From positions 50,840,001-50,904,000 of the forward strand of contig NC_043008.1 in the NCBI RefSeq assembly GCF_006345805.1: a stretch of 64,000 nucleotides of DNA. Reading direction: 5' to 3'. Under the pieces are notes generated by a model. The model saw only the letters and a program-made list of their open reading frames with translations, did not search any database and was not told where the DNA came from. Within the stretch, counting starts at the first letter, position 1, and the number at the start of each line of letters is the position of its first letter. This document shows positions 13,991 to 25,773 of this stretch, piece after piece. Both the position numbers and the translations under genes were made by a program. The stretch is from Octopus sinensis (Eukaryota).

Positions 13991-14806
13991 AACATACATT
14001 AAGCATGTAATATTTGTAATATTTACGCCGGAGCGAAATGCTTAGCGGTATTTCGTCTGCTGCTACATTCTGAGTTCAAATTCCGCCGAGGTCGACTTTG
14101 CCTTTAATCCTTTCGGTGTCGTTTAAATAAGTACCAGTTACGCACTGGGGTCGATATAATCGACTTACTCTATTTATATGTCCTTGTTTGTCCTCTGTGT
14201 TTAGCACCTTGTGGGTAGTAAAGTAATAAGTATTTCTTCTGCCGCTACGTTCTGAGTTCAAATTTCGCCGAGGTCGACTTTGCCTTTCATCCTTTCGGGG
14301 TCGATTTAAAAAGTACCAGTTACGCACTGGCGACGATATAATCGACTTAATCCGTTTGTCTGTCCTTGTTTGTTCTCTCTGTGTTGTATGTATATATTTA
14401 TGCATGTATGTATATGTATACATTTGTGTGTTTTACATATATGTATGTCTGTAAATATACATAAATACATATACACATACATGTGTGCACATGTGTACAT
14501 ACACACACACATATATACATGTATGTATGTATGTATGTATGTGCGTACGTATGTATGTATGTATGTCTTATGTATTTGACTCGCCATTATTTTCACCGTC
14601 GCCTGAAATTAATTTTGAAATGAAGATTATTTAAGTTGTTCCTAATGAGGGTCAAGGCTAAGAGATTTGACAGTGGATTGGGTAGAAAGAGGGTAGAGAG
14701 AGAAGATTGGTTGGTACGGAGGATAGGGGTATAGAGAAAGAGAGAGAGAAATAGGGGGCGGGTGGGCAGAGGACGAGCAAGCGGGGGAAAAAGAAAACTG
14801 GTATGG

Positions 14807-14906
14807 NNNNNNNNNNNNNNNNNNNNNNNNNNNNNNNNNNNNNNNNNNNNNNNNNNNNNNNNNNNNNNNNNNNNNNNNNNNNNNNNNNNNNNNNNNNNNN
14901 NNNNNN
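14807..14906. other. Assembly gap (100 N)
   Basis: Run of n. Confidence 1.
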
Positions 14907-15318
14907 ACTTTCCCCATGTTTAGGTTTGTAACTTGTTGTTGGCAATATATTGTATTTTTTTCATAAAATGTAATGCGATTAAGGCCTTTGTTGTAATAAT
15001 AATAAGAGTCTGCGGAGGTTTGTTTGTTTGAAGTGAGATATATTAAGACATTTTCAGAGTAATTTGAGAGTTTGTGTGAATGTAATATAGAGTTTCATTG
15101 GATTTCTGTGTATGGTGAGAACTGGGACTTGTCTAGATTGAGAGTGGCGTGTAGATGTTTACGAGTTCAGATTAAACTTGATATTCTACATACCTATGTG
15201 TACATGTACACTAACATATATTATATATAATATATATATATAATATATATATATATATTATATATATAGATTGATATATATTATATATTATATATATATA
15301 TATATATATTATATTATA

Positions 15319-15350
<32 letters not shown>

Positions 15351-15851
15351 TATATATACATACATACATATGTATGTATGTGAGTATGTATGTATGTATT
15401 ATGTATTTACGTATATGCATGTGTCTCTATTATATGCATATATATATATTATATATATATATATATGTGTGTGTGGGGGTAAGTATATATACTTCATGTA
15501 TATTATATGTAAGTATATATATGCATATATAATATATATATATATAACATCGGTATTGTTTATACTAACCATGAAACAACAACAGCAACAACAATAATAA
15601 TAATGAATCACATCATACAGATATATGCCTGTGCATATATACTTATATATATGCATATATATATATACTTACAACACACACACACAACACACACACAACA
15701 CCACAATATATATATGTGGTGGTGTGTGTGTGGGGTATATATATACTTACATGTATATGTATATGTAAGTATATATATGCATATATATATATATATATAT
15801 ATGCATATATATACTTACATATACATATACATGTAAGTATATATACTTACC

Positions 15852-15882
<31 letters not shown>

Positions 15883-17245
15883 GTGTGTGTGTGTGTTGTG
15901 TTGTGTGTGTGTGTGTAAGTATATATATATATGCATATATATAAGTATATATGCACAGGCATATATCTGTATGATGTGATATCATTATTATTATTGTTGT
16001 TGCTGTTGTTGTTTCATGGTAGTATAACAATACCGATGTTCACACAATACAGAAAATATAGCAGCACGTTGGTTTTGAGTATTCGGGATTTACCGGGGCA
16101 GCATATCTTTGGGAACGAACACACACAGACAAATACACGCGCGCGTATATTTATGTATGCATGTATGTATGAGGGTGCAGGCTTGGCTGTGTAGTAAAGA
16201 GTTTGCTTCTCAACAACACCGTTCCGGGTTCAATCGGTCTGCATGGCACTTTAGAGAAGTGCTTCCAGCTATAGCCACGGGCCGATCAAGGTCTTGTGAG
16301 TGGATTTGGTAGACCGAAACCGAGGTGTCATTACCGAATGTCCTGTAAAACGGTTAGCCAGGTGTCGATCAGTTTGACCTTCCTGTGTAAGGGGAGAAGG
16401 AAAAAGGGCAGAGGTTACTGGAGGTAGATGTGATGGAGTCGGTGGCATGGAAGTCGCGGTGGGGAGGAACAGTGACAACAGTGATGTTAGGGACGAGTGC
16501 GGCTGCGTGGGTAAGAAGGCAAACAACCAGGCTGAGTGCCGAGAGTAGGGGAAAGAGCTAAGGATCAGTAAGTCCACGAAAGTTGCTGGTACGCTTGAAG
16601 GAAAGGAGGAGAGAAGTATGATTGGAGAAGATGTGGGACTTAGTGGGGGGGGGAGATCGAAATGTCCAGAACACACACACACATACACACATACACACAA
16701 TGAATTGGCAAAAATAAGAAAAGCGCAGCGGGAAGGGCAAGTTTTAACAAAGGTGTTATTATGGATGGAAGCACTCCGTCGGTTACGACGACGAGGGTTC
16801 CGGTTGATCCGATCAACGGAATAGCCTGCTCGTGAAATTAACGTGTAAGTGGCTGAGCACTCCACAGACACGTGCACCCTTAACGTAGTTCTCGGGGATA
16901 TCAGCGTGACACAAGATTGACAAGGCCGGCCCTTTGAATACAGGTACAAACAGAAACAGGAAGTAAGAGTGAGAGAAAGTTGTGGTGAAAGAGTACAGCA
17001 GGGATCACCACCATCCCCTGCCGGAGCCTCGTGGAGCTTTTAGGTGTTTTCGCTCAATAAACACTCACAACGCCCGGTCTGGGAATCGAAACCGCGATCC
17101 TACGACAGCGAGTACGCTGCCCTAACCACCGGGCCATTGCGCCTCCAGGTGTTATTATGACAGTACAAAGGAAAGGATTTTCTTCATGTCCATTATTGTT
17201 GCTTTCGCCCTCCCCACATTATCTTAAATGTGAATCTATTTACAG

Positions 17246-17339
17246 CGATGAATCGAACGATAAAATAACGACACTAAAGGAGAAGATGGATGAAGGAAAA
17301 TGCCGGATGAAAATTCGATATGAAGATTTAAAGGCTAAA
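17246..17339 (+). CDS. Penultimate exon of an unidentified gene (DESNDKITTLKEKMDEGKCRMKIRYEDLKAK)
   Basis: tctatttacag acceptor, AAA|GTAAGT donor; phase 0 matches the exon at 18742; non-repetitive, codon-like composition. Confidence 0.55.
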
Positions 17340-17638
17340 GTAAGTAACCTTTTGCTTATATATATATATATATATCGCCGTGATCACCGTGACCGACCAG
17401 GCTATCAGATGTTGCTACACATCGCTGGTCACAATGCGCTTCGCATTGTTTTTAGCTTTCAAATGACGCCACCCCTCTGGCTAAGCGAGCTGGCCAACAG
17501 AAGAAAGAGTGAGAGAAAGTCGTGGCGAAAGAGTACAGCAGGGATCACCACCATCCCCTGCCGGAGCCTCGTGGAGCTTTTAGGTGTTTTCGCTCAATAA
17601 ACACTCACAAAGCCCGGCCTGGGAATCGAAACCGCGAT

Positions 17639-17671
<33 letters not shown>

Positions 17672-18019
17672 ATATATATATATATATATATATACTCTCC
17701 TTTACTTGTTTCAGTCATTTGACTGTGGGCATATATATGATAGATCGTTAGCCACTACACACATTTTTCCTCTCCTGGTTTTTTCTGTGTATCTTTCTGT
17801 AGAAGAGCGTAGGCCAAACGTAAAAGACTTTTTTTCTATTCATGAGCGTTATACTAATGCATTTGTTTGTTTGTACTCCACTTGCCTTCATCTTTTGTTT
17901 TATTCGTAAACTCTCCCCTATATATATATATATATAATATATATATATTATATATATATTATATATATATAATATAGATATATATATATATTTGAGGGAG
18001 AGAGACACACAAGAGGGTG

Positions 18020-18205
18020 CCAAAATATGAAATGGCTGGTTGGAGGCCTAACACCCCGGGTTCTTTTACAGGGCTTAGAAAAACTGAAGAACCGCTGCAA
18101 TAAGTATATAAATCTGAGAGGGTAATATGTTCAATAAAATCATAATTAACTGATCCACCTGTATTTTCTTTTACCCAAAGATAGGAACTTTTCACCAACC
18201 CCTTG
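18020..18205 (+). mobile_element. Mariner transposase C-terminal remnant
   Basis: WL...FF..GLEKL.NRCNKYINLRG*YVQ* followed by a TIR-like end. Confidence 0.65.
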
Positions 18206-18269
18206 TGTGTATGTATATACTAAAATAGTACGTTGACTTGTATTACTCTCTTTTCTCTTTTACTTGTTT

Positions 18270-18466
18270 CAGTCATTTGACTGCGGCCATGCTGGAGCAC
18301 AGCCTTTAATCGAGCAACTCGACCCCGGGATTTATTCTTTTGTAAGCCCAGTACTTATTCTATCGGTCTCTTTTGCCGAACCGCTAGGTAACGGGGACAT
18401 AAACACACAGCATCGGTTGTCAAGCAATGCTAGGGGGACAAACACAGACACACAAACACCACACGC

Positions 18467-18499
<33 letters not shown>

Positions 18500-18665
18500 T
18501 ACGACGGGCTTCTTTCCAGTTTCCGTCTACCAAATCCACTCACAAGGCTTTGGTCGGCCCGAGGCTATAGTAGAAGACACTCGCCCAAGGTGCCACGCAG
18601 TGGGACTGAACCCAGAACCATGTGGTTGGTAAACAAGCTACTTACCCCACAGCCACTCCTGCGCC
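18270..18665 (-). mobile_element. SINE family C (GGCGTAGGAGTGGCTGTGTGGTAAG...GGCACCTTGGGCAAG); copies at 6740-7160, 30300-30650, 43415-43790, 50690-51000, 56445-56745, 63700-64000
   Basis: Dispersed repeat with a tRNA-like head, a CORE-like block and an internal (CA)/(TA) tract. Confidence 0.85.
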
Positions 18666-18741
18666 TGTGTGTGTATGCCGGAAAGCACAGTAAATGATCG
18701 ATAACATTTGTAAAGGTTTCGTGGTTTTTTTCTATTTGTAG

Positions 18742-18933
18742 ATAGACGAACTTCAAGATCAGGTGAAGAGCGAGAAGGCCCAGCACGACATCACGAAAAA
18801 TGCCTACAACCTTCTTCATGCTGACTGGAACAAACTGTACGAAAAGTTAACTGAAATTCGAACTGCTATAATGTCAATTCCAAGCAACCAATCGAGCTGG
18901 ATAGATGACACGAAATTATCTATATCGGATTAA
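18742..18933 (+). CDS. Terminal coiled-coil-like exon ([63 protein letters not shown])
   Basis: ttttttctatttgtag acceptor; 64 open codons to TAA; heptad-like pattern. Confidence 0.6.
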   Translation: MDELQDQVKSEKAQHDITKNAYNLLHADWNKLYEKLTEIRTAIMSIPSNQSSWIDDTKLSISD

Positions 18934-19058
18934 AAAACAAAAAACAACAAAAAAAAAAACCCCCAAAAAATCCAAAATCTAACAATGACATTTGTCGAGA
19001 CCCCACCCCATTACAATACATATACATACACAAATACACACACATATACCGGATGAAG

Positions 19059-19092
<34 letters not shown>

Positions 19093-20811
19093 TATATATA
19101 TATATGTATTTATATATACATACATATATATATATATATGTATATATATATGTATATATATATATACATGCATATATATATATACATAGATTATAGGTAT
19201 ATATATACATACATATATATATGTATATATAATATATATACATATATATAATATATATATGTATATATATACATACAACATATATATATGTATATACATA
19301 TATATATGTTATATATATCTATATATATACATATATATATGTATGTATATATATATATATACATTATATGTATGTATATATATATTATGTATATTATATA
19401 TAATATGTATATATATATACATACATATATATATACATATATATCATACTACATATTATCATACATATATTACATATATATACATACAATATATACATAT
19501 ATATACATACATATATATATATATATTATATATGTGTGTGGCGTGTGCTGTGATGTGTGGGTGTGCGTGTGTATGTGTTGTATATATATATTATGTGTGT
19601 GTGTATATATCTTATATACTTCTTCCGGTATATGTGTGTGTATTTGTGTATGTATATATATTGTGGGCGAAGTTACTTGCTAACTGTATGATGTAATATA
19701 GAAAAGTATACATACATATATAATCCGATTCATCCCTTACTGTGAAATAATGGTAATAATAGCAACGATACCGGCATGGAAGGAACTGGAGTCTCTGGAG
19801 TCTGGCAGAATATCGTGGCGAAGTGGTAAATGTGTGTATGTATGTATTATGTGTGTGTGTCTCTAGAAACTTCTGAAGCAAAAATCGTGTAACAAAAGAG
19901 AGAGAATTCTGTGTATATTCTGCGCTTCACAAAGAACTTAGGCATCTCATCAACCCATTGTTGTTTATTTTACGGAAAGGAAATAAAGAAATATAAAGAA
20001 AAATGATTGGAAAAGTCAAGGAAAAAAAAAAAAATTAGAAAAATTTTAACAACGAAACTAAGGAAGAATAGCAGAAAATTTCCGCAGATTTCTTCAAAAC
20101 GAAAATGGCAAAAACAGAAAAAAAAACAAAAACAAAAAAAAAGAATAATACTTTTTCACAACGAACTGTGTTGTTGTTTGTTTGTTTGTTTGTTGAGCGA
20201 AGCTGTCTTCGTCCTGGGAGAAGTCCGAAACGTGGTCCTTTGCTATTCGTAAGACCTGCAGAAGAGAAAGCAGGTCAACCCCCCGACACCGAGAGCATCG
20301 ACGGATGAATGAATGCGCATCCAGGCTGAGCGGTTGCGTAGGAAGTCGGGGACAAGAAACAGGAAAAAAAGAGTGAGAGAAAGTTGGAGCGAAATAGTAC
20401 AACAGGGGTCGCCACCACCCCTACCGGAGGCTCGTGGAGCTTTAGGTGTTTTCGATCAATAAACACACACAACGCCCGGTCTGGGAATCGAAACCGCGAT
20501 CCTCCGACCAGTCCGCTGCCCTAACCTCTGGGCCATTGCGCCTCCACAGTTGTTGCTGTTGTTTAAGGGTTGGTTAGACTGATGGAGAAGGAATGCTCCA
20601 GGTGTACCCACTTTGGCATATTCTTCGAGCGCTGCGTACCTAGAACTACATTTTTCGATATAGTCTTTCACTTTTAAAAGATTTGAATAATCGTAATTTG
20701 AGGGAGATTCGACGAATATTTCCCAGCAGGTTATACAACCATATAGAGGCTCCCTCGTTTCCCAGTGAAAAGTTGTTGGTTATTGTGTGTGTATGTGTGT
20801 GCACGTACACG

Positions 20812-21003
20812 GTCCTCGGAGCCAATCCTTCTTCCGAAGGTACGGATCCATTTTGCCAACTTCCCTTACCTACATTGGTGCTATCGACGAGAGGGTGTAC
20901 ACCTTGGAGACCTGCTGCTGATGGTTGGCACGGACCGACTCGAGAGATGCGAGTCGTTACGGACTCAGATTTTCCAGGGCCGCCGAGAGCGCACCGGAGT
21001 CTC
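20812..21003 (-). pseudogene. Decayed 28S rRNA fragment
   Basis: Minus strand reads TCCGGTGCGCTCTCGGCGGCCCTGGAAAATC...GCAGCAGGTCTCCAAGGTGTACA...CAATGTAGGTAAGGGAAGTTGGCAAAATGGATCCGTACCTTCGGAAGAAGGATTGGCTC, matching the conserved LSU core as recalled (GCAGCAGGTCTCCAAGGTGAACA...GTAGGTAAGGGAAGTCGGC...GATCCGTAACTTCGGG..AAGGATTGGCTC). Confidence 0.88.
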
Positions 21004-21129
21004 AGAAGGAAACAGTCAGGGAGAATGTCCAGCAACACAGCATTCTGTTTGCTACTGTTGCTAACATAACGCCGACGAGTTTAAGTAGGGTAACAGAGGT
21101 TGTGTAATTGGATGTTTGCCAGACTGTTT

Positions 21130-21414
21130 CCATCCGAGGATGGGCTTTGTGCCTGAAATATAAAGGTTTTTGTATAACTTTCCGCCTTGTCGTCAGCTTT
21201 CTTATTTACCCCTATAAAAGATATATCAGTGCCTTGCGAGATAAATGCCTTTATAGTTCTGGTGGATAAGGCTGAGGAGAATTTTGTCATTCGTAGCAAG
21301 TACGATCTAATGATATTAGGGCATGAATTACGATTGAGAAGTGACTTAAACTTTAAGGGTAATGGTACATATACGATGGTATTTGATAATACGAACGAGA
21401 TAAAAAGGAAATAA
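21130..21414 (+). mobile_element. Penelope-like element fragment (decayed hammerhead plus RT N-terminal region)
   Basis: FIVLVDKAEENFVIRSKY..ILGHEL....GNGTY resembles the PLE VP.DKA.NN motif; hammerhead-like CCGAGGA..GGGC/GCCT..GAAA at 21134-21158. Confidence 0.55.
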
Positions 21415-22055
21415 ACACCTAAGGTGGAAAGTTGAGTAGTTTCAGCATAGAAGAGGGGATTCCAAAATTGGATGAAGTCCTCTATAAGGGTACCGACGAA
21501 CAACTGTGTTTCTCAACGTGGGGTGTGGGAAAATTGGAGTGGGACATACGTTAGCGTGGGTTGTGAAATTTTTTGTGACTTGAGCGCACACTTGTCGACC
21601 CTAAGACTACCTTTGGACATTGAAATGAAAAAAAAAACAAAACATCACCATGCAATAATATTTATACTTAAACCATGGGGATCGGAGTAGGTACGACCAA
21701 TCAGCGTACCGAGGGAGGTATCTTCATTTGTTAGGCGTTTGTTTCTCTGCTTCAATATCGATTGTCCAGTGTCAAGCGTTTACAAAAGCAGTAGTGAACT
21801 TCGCTCACTACTGAAACGAGGTATCCGTCAGCCAGGCAATTGAAGATCGTGTTTCTACATTTTAAAAAATATGTTAATGGGGCACCAGATTTTTTAAAAA
21901 GTGGAGCACCGGAAAATTTTTTATTGAAAAGTGAGGCACCGGGGAAAAAAAGGTTGGGAAACACCGGTCTGTATTTATGATGTATTGCAAAGAAATTGTT
22001 GGCAATTTTGGCATTCGCTTATTTTAGAGTATAAAGTCTAAGGAATTTTTCAACA

Positions 22056-22420
22056 TCATCATCATCATCGTTTAACGTCCGCTTTCCATGCTAGCATGGG
22101 TTGGATGATCTCGACTGAGGGTTGGCGAACCAGATGGCTGCACCAGGCTCCAATCTTGATCTGGCAGAGTTTCTACAGCTGGATGCCATTCCTAACGCCA
22201 ACCACTCCGAGAGTGTAGTGGGTGCTTTTTACGTGCCACTGGCAAGGATGCCAGTCAGGCGGTACTGGCAATGACCTCACTTGAATCTTTTTACACACAG
22301 GTGCCAGTGAAGCGACGTTGGTAACGGTCTCGCTCGAATGGTGCTCTTTTACGTGCCACGGGTACGGAAGCCAGTTGGCTGCTCTGGCAACGATCACGCT
22401 CGGAAGGTGCTCTTGGCACC
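22056..22420 (-). mobile_element. Retroposon family D with a (GAT)n tail (RTE-mobilised SINE or LINE 3' end); copies at 30930-31120, 36170-36470, 43795-44110, 61355-61615, 62648-62945
   Basis: Shared end CCAACCCATGCTAGCATGGAAAGCGGACGTTAAACGATGATGATG. Confidence 0.8.
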
Positions 22421-23018
22421 CTATATTAAAAAAAATATGTTGAAAGGGCACCAGATTTTTCAAAAAGTGGAGCACAGGAAAATTTGTTATTAAAAAGTGA
22501 GGCACCGGGAAAAAAGGTTGGGAAACACCGGTCCAAATTAATGATGTATTGCGAAGAAATTGTTGGCAATTTTGGTATTAGCATATTTTAGAGTATAAAA
22601 TCTAAGGAATTTTTCAACAAGCTATAAAAATTCGATCCGTGCATGTGTATGATTTATATATTAGAGAACGAAATGGAAAATGCTTCAGCGTGGATGTGGC
22701 AGGTGTTCGTTTGAGAAGGCGAAAAGCTCAGAGCAAAGAACAATTCCTTAGTGGACAAAATAATCCCTACATGGTCGGGATGGTTGCAGCTGCACTCAAG
22801 ATTACTGCTGAGGCTGCATCGAGGACAAGGGAGAAATTGCATTACAGTGTAGATCGATATAACTCAGGCATTTTTTTGGGGTAGCATCAATGCTTCTTGG
22901 TGCTGGTAGGAGGAGCGGTTCTGTCGGAAGATCTCGAAGCCATTGTAACCTATTGATGAGAACTGATGCATGGAGTGTTTCACAATACAACCTATATATA
23001 CAGCCACACACACACACA

Positions 23019-23304
23019 TCTTTATATATAAAATTGAAGTTGTGTGTGTGAGACTCTGTCTCTTCCGATTTAGATTCCTAACTACTCCCACATTTTGCGG
23101 TGCAGTTTAACCAAAACCTGGTATCTTATAGTCGTAATTTATATCGAGCCCTTCTGGGTATTAGCGCGCGTCTACAATGAGTCTAAGATTAAAAAAAAAT
23201 TTACCATCATTTTTTTCGCTATTATATAAGGGAAGTAACTCTCTAAAAATGCTTATATAGTTATTTCCCTTACAAACCCGAGCAACGCCGGGCGATACTG
23301 CTAG
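23019..23304 (+). mobile_element. Non-autonomous Helitron, same family, internally deleted
   Basis: A|TC...CCCGAGCAACGCCGGGCGATACTGCTAG|T; homologous to 12749-13146. Confidence 0.85.
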
Positions 23305-23544
23305 TATATTTATATAAATAAAGATAAGATCGTTAATTTAAATACCGGTCATATCAAGTGGCCAGCATGGGAATAAAAACCTTCAAACGTAATAATTATT
23401 ATTAAAATTATAATTTAGGGTATCTAAGAGATACCAACACGCTGGAAACTTGACTCTAAATCCACATTAAATGTTCATATAGCACCAGGAGAGAAGACAA
23501 AAGGACGAGATGAACTAGCAAAAAATTACTGGATAATTCTAGAT

Positions 23545-25330
23545 CCCGGAACCAAGCGTCTTACCATACAGCCTTCCTTGGTGAGGCCTAATGTTCGAAG
23601 ATCGTGCTTCACCATTTCATCCCAGGTCTTCCTCTTCCACAGGTTCCCTCAACCACTAGGGTGTGGCACTTTTTCACGCAGCTATCCTCATCCATTCACA
23701 ACACATGACCATACCAGTGCAGTCGTCTCTCTTGCACACCACATCTGATGCTTCTTAGGTCCAACTTTTCTCTCAGGGCGCTTACACTCTGTCATGTATG
23801 CACACTGACAATACACATCAAGCAGAGCATACTGGTTTCATTCCTTGCAAGCGTACGCATGTCCTCAGTAGTCACGGCTCATGTTTTACTGCCATGTAGC
23901 ATGGCTGTTTGTACACATGCATCATACAATCTACCTTTTACTCTGAGCGAGAGGCCCTTTGTCACCAGCAGAGGTAGGATCTCTCTGAACATTGCCCAGG
24001 CTATTCTTATTCTAGCAGCCACACTTTCAGTGCACTCTCCCCTGCTACTGACTTGGTCACCTAGGTAACGGAAGCTATCAACTACTTCTAGTTTTTCTTC
24101 CTGGAATGTGGCGGAAGTTGGTCTCTGCGCATTTTCAGTGTTTATCGCGCCCGAGCATCTGCCACATACATAAACTATCTTCCCAGTTAGCCTTCCTTTG
24201 ATATCACTGCACCTCTTGTGTCCATAGCTCACACTGGGTACATCTTATAGAGTTTCTACCTAGGCCTCTACTACAGATCGAGCAGGGCCATCTACCTGAA
24301 GAGATTTGTGGTTTGCCTGCCTTCCTACTTATTAGGACTTTGGTTTTAGCTAGGTTGATTTTAAGGCCCTTCGATTTTAATACTTGCTTCCACATTTGAA
24401 ACTTCTCTAGTTCTGATAGTGACTCAGCAATTAGAGCAAGGTCATCAGCATATAGGAGCTCCCAGGTGCATCCTGTCTTGAATTCCTCCGTTATTGCCTG
24501 GAGGACTATGATAAATAGGAGGGGGCTGAGGACTGAATCTTGGTGTATCCCAACCTCCACCTTGAATTCTTCAGTGTACTCGTTGCCAACCCTTACCTTA
24601 CTTACAGCGTCCCTGTACATGGCTTGCACAGCTCTCACTAACCATTCATCTATCTCTAGTTTCTTCATTGACCACCAGATAAGGGATCGGGGGACCCTGT
24701 CAAAGGCTTTCTCCATGTCAACGAAAGCCAGGTACAGGGGCTTATCTTTGGCTAGGTATTTCTCCTGCAGTTGTCTTACCAGAAATATGGCATCAGTCGT
24801 GCTTTTCCCTAGCACAAAACCAAACTGCATCTCATTCAAGTTGACCCTCTCCGTAACCGTCATTACCTGACCCAACAGCTTGATACCTCTGTAATTATTT
24901 GTATCTAGGGCATCACCTTTACCTTTGTAGCAGTTGACTAGTACGCTGCTACACCAGTCATTGGGTATGACTCCTTCGTGTATCACCTGGTTGACTATAC
25001 GGGTGACTAGGTTATAGCCGACACTGCCAGATATTTTGAGCATCTCTGCAGTAATTCCCGATGGGCCTGGGGCTTTCCCTGTCTTCATGCTTCTAATTGC
25101 CTTAACTACCAAAGAACTGTCAACTTGGATAGCTGGTCCCTCAGTTGGGTCGACATTCGGCAGAATCTCTTTATCCCATTCACTTTCTTTATTCGGCAAC
25201 CTTTCATAGTGGCGTCTTCAAGCCTCTCTCTTTGCATCCTCATTTAGCGCAAGAGAACCATCATCCATGCAAACACATTTCTCTCCTACATCACGATTCT
25301 CTCTCACACACTGTCTTGCAACACGAAATA
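23545..25330 (-). mobile_element. RTE-clade LINE, 5'-truncated and frameshifted reverse transcriptase
   Basis: ORFs 24204..25199 and 23879..24232: KAPGPSGI, YRGIKLL, QFGF, FVDMEKAFDRV, SVLSPLLF, LYADD, FRYLG, KGRLYDACV. Confidence 0.93.
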
Positions 25331-25672
25331 CCCAAGTCTATAAAATATATTTATCAATTTTACACAATTTATTTTCCAGCAAGAAAAATAAAATTTCATT
25401 TTCTGTTGAGGAGCCATAATACAAGTTCATGTTCTGGAAATCTTTAGATGAAGAATTTGAATAAATGTTCCTAATATTTTGTTATTTCTGCTGTTTTTTT
25501 CGGATGAATTTCTTCTTAGGACTCTTGAATTTCTTTGCTTGACCAGTCTTCCTTTTCTTCCATTTGTTTCTGTTGTTGTTGTTCTTGTTTTTGTCGTTAC
25601 TTTCTTCATGCTTGCGCTTCGTCCCTCGTGAATTGTAAGGATTCGATTTCGATTGTGCGTGGTTGCCTTTCT

Positions 25673-25773
25673 TTACTTGTTGTTGTTGGGGGTGTTATTC
25701 ACAGGTTTGGTGGTGGCATCTGCTTTGCCATCTTTAGATTTCGGTGTTTCCGTAGACTGTTCCTCATTCTTTG
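25673..25773 (-). CDS. NOP2: NOP2 terminal exon 17 (AKNEEQSTETPK...NNNK*); may extend to 25482 if a frameshift is corrected
   Basis: ttcttgcag acceptor with the required phase 1; minus-strand AATAAA at 25368-25373. Confidence 0.75.
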
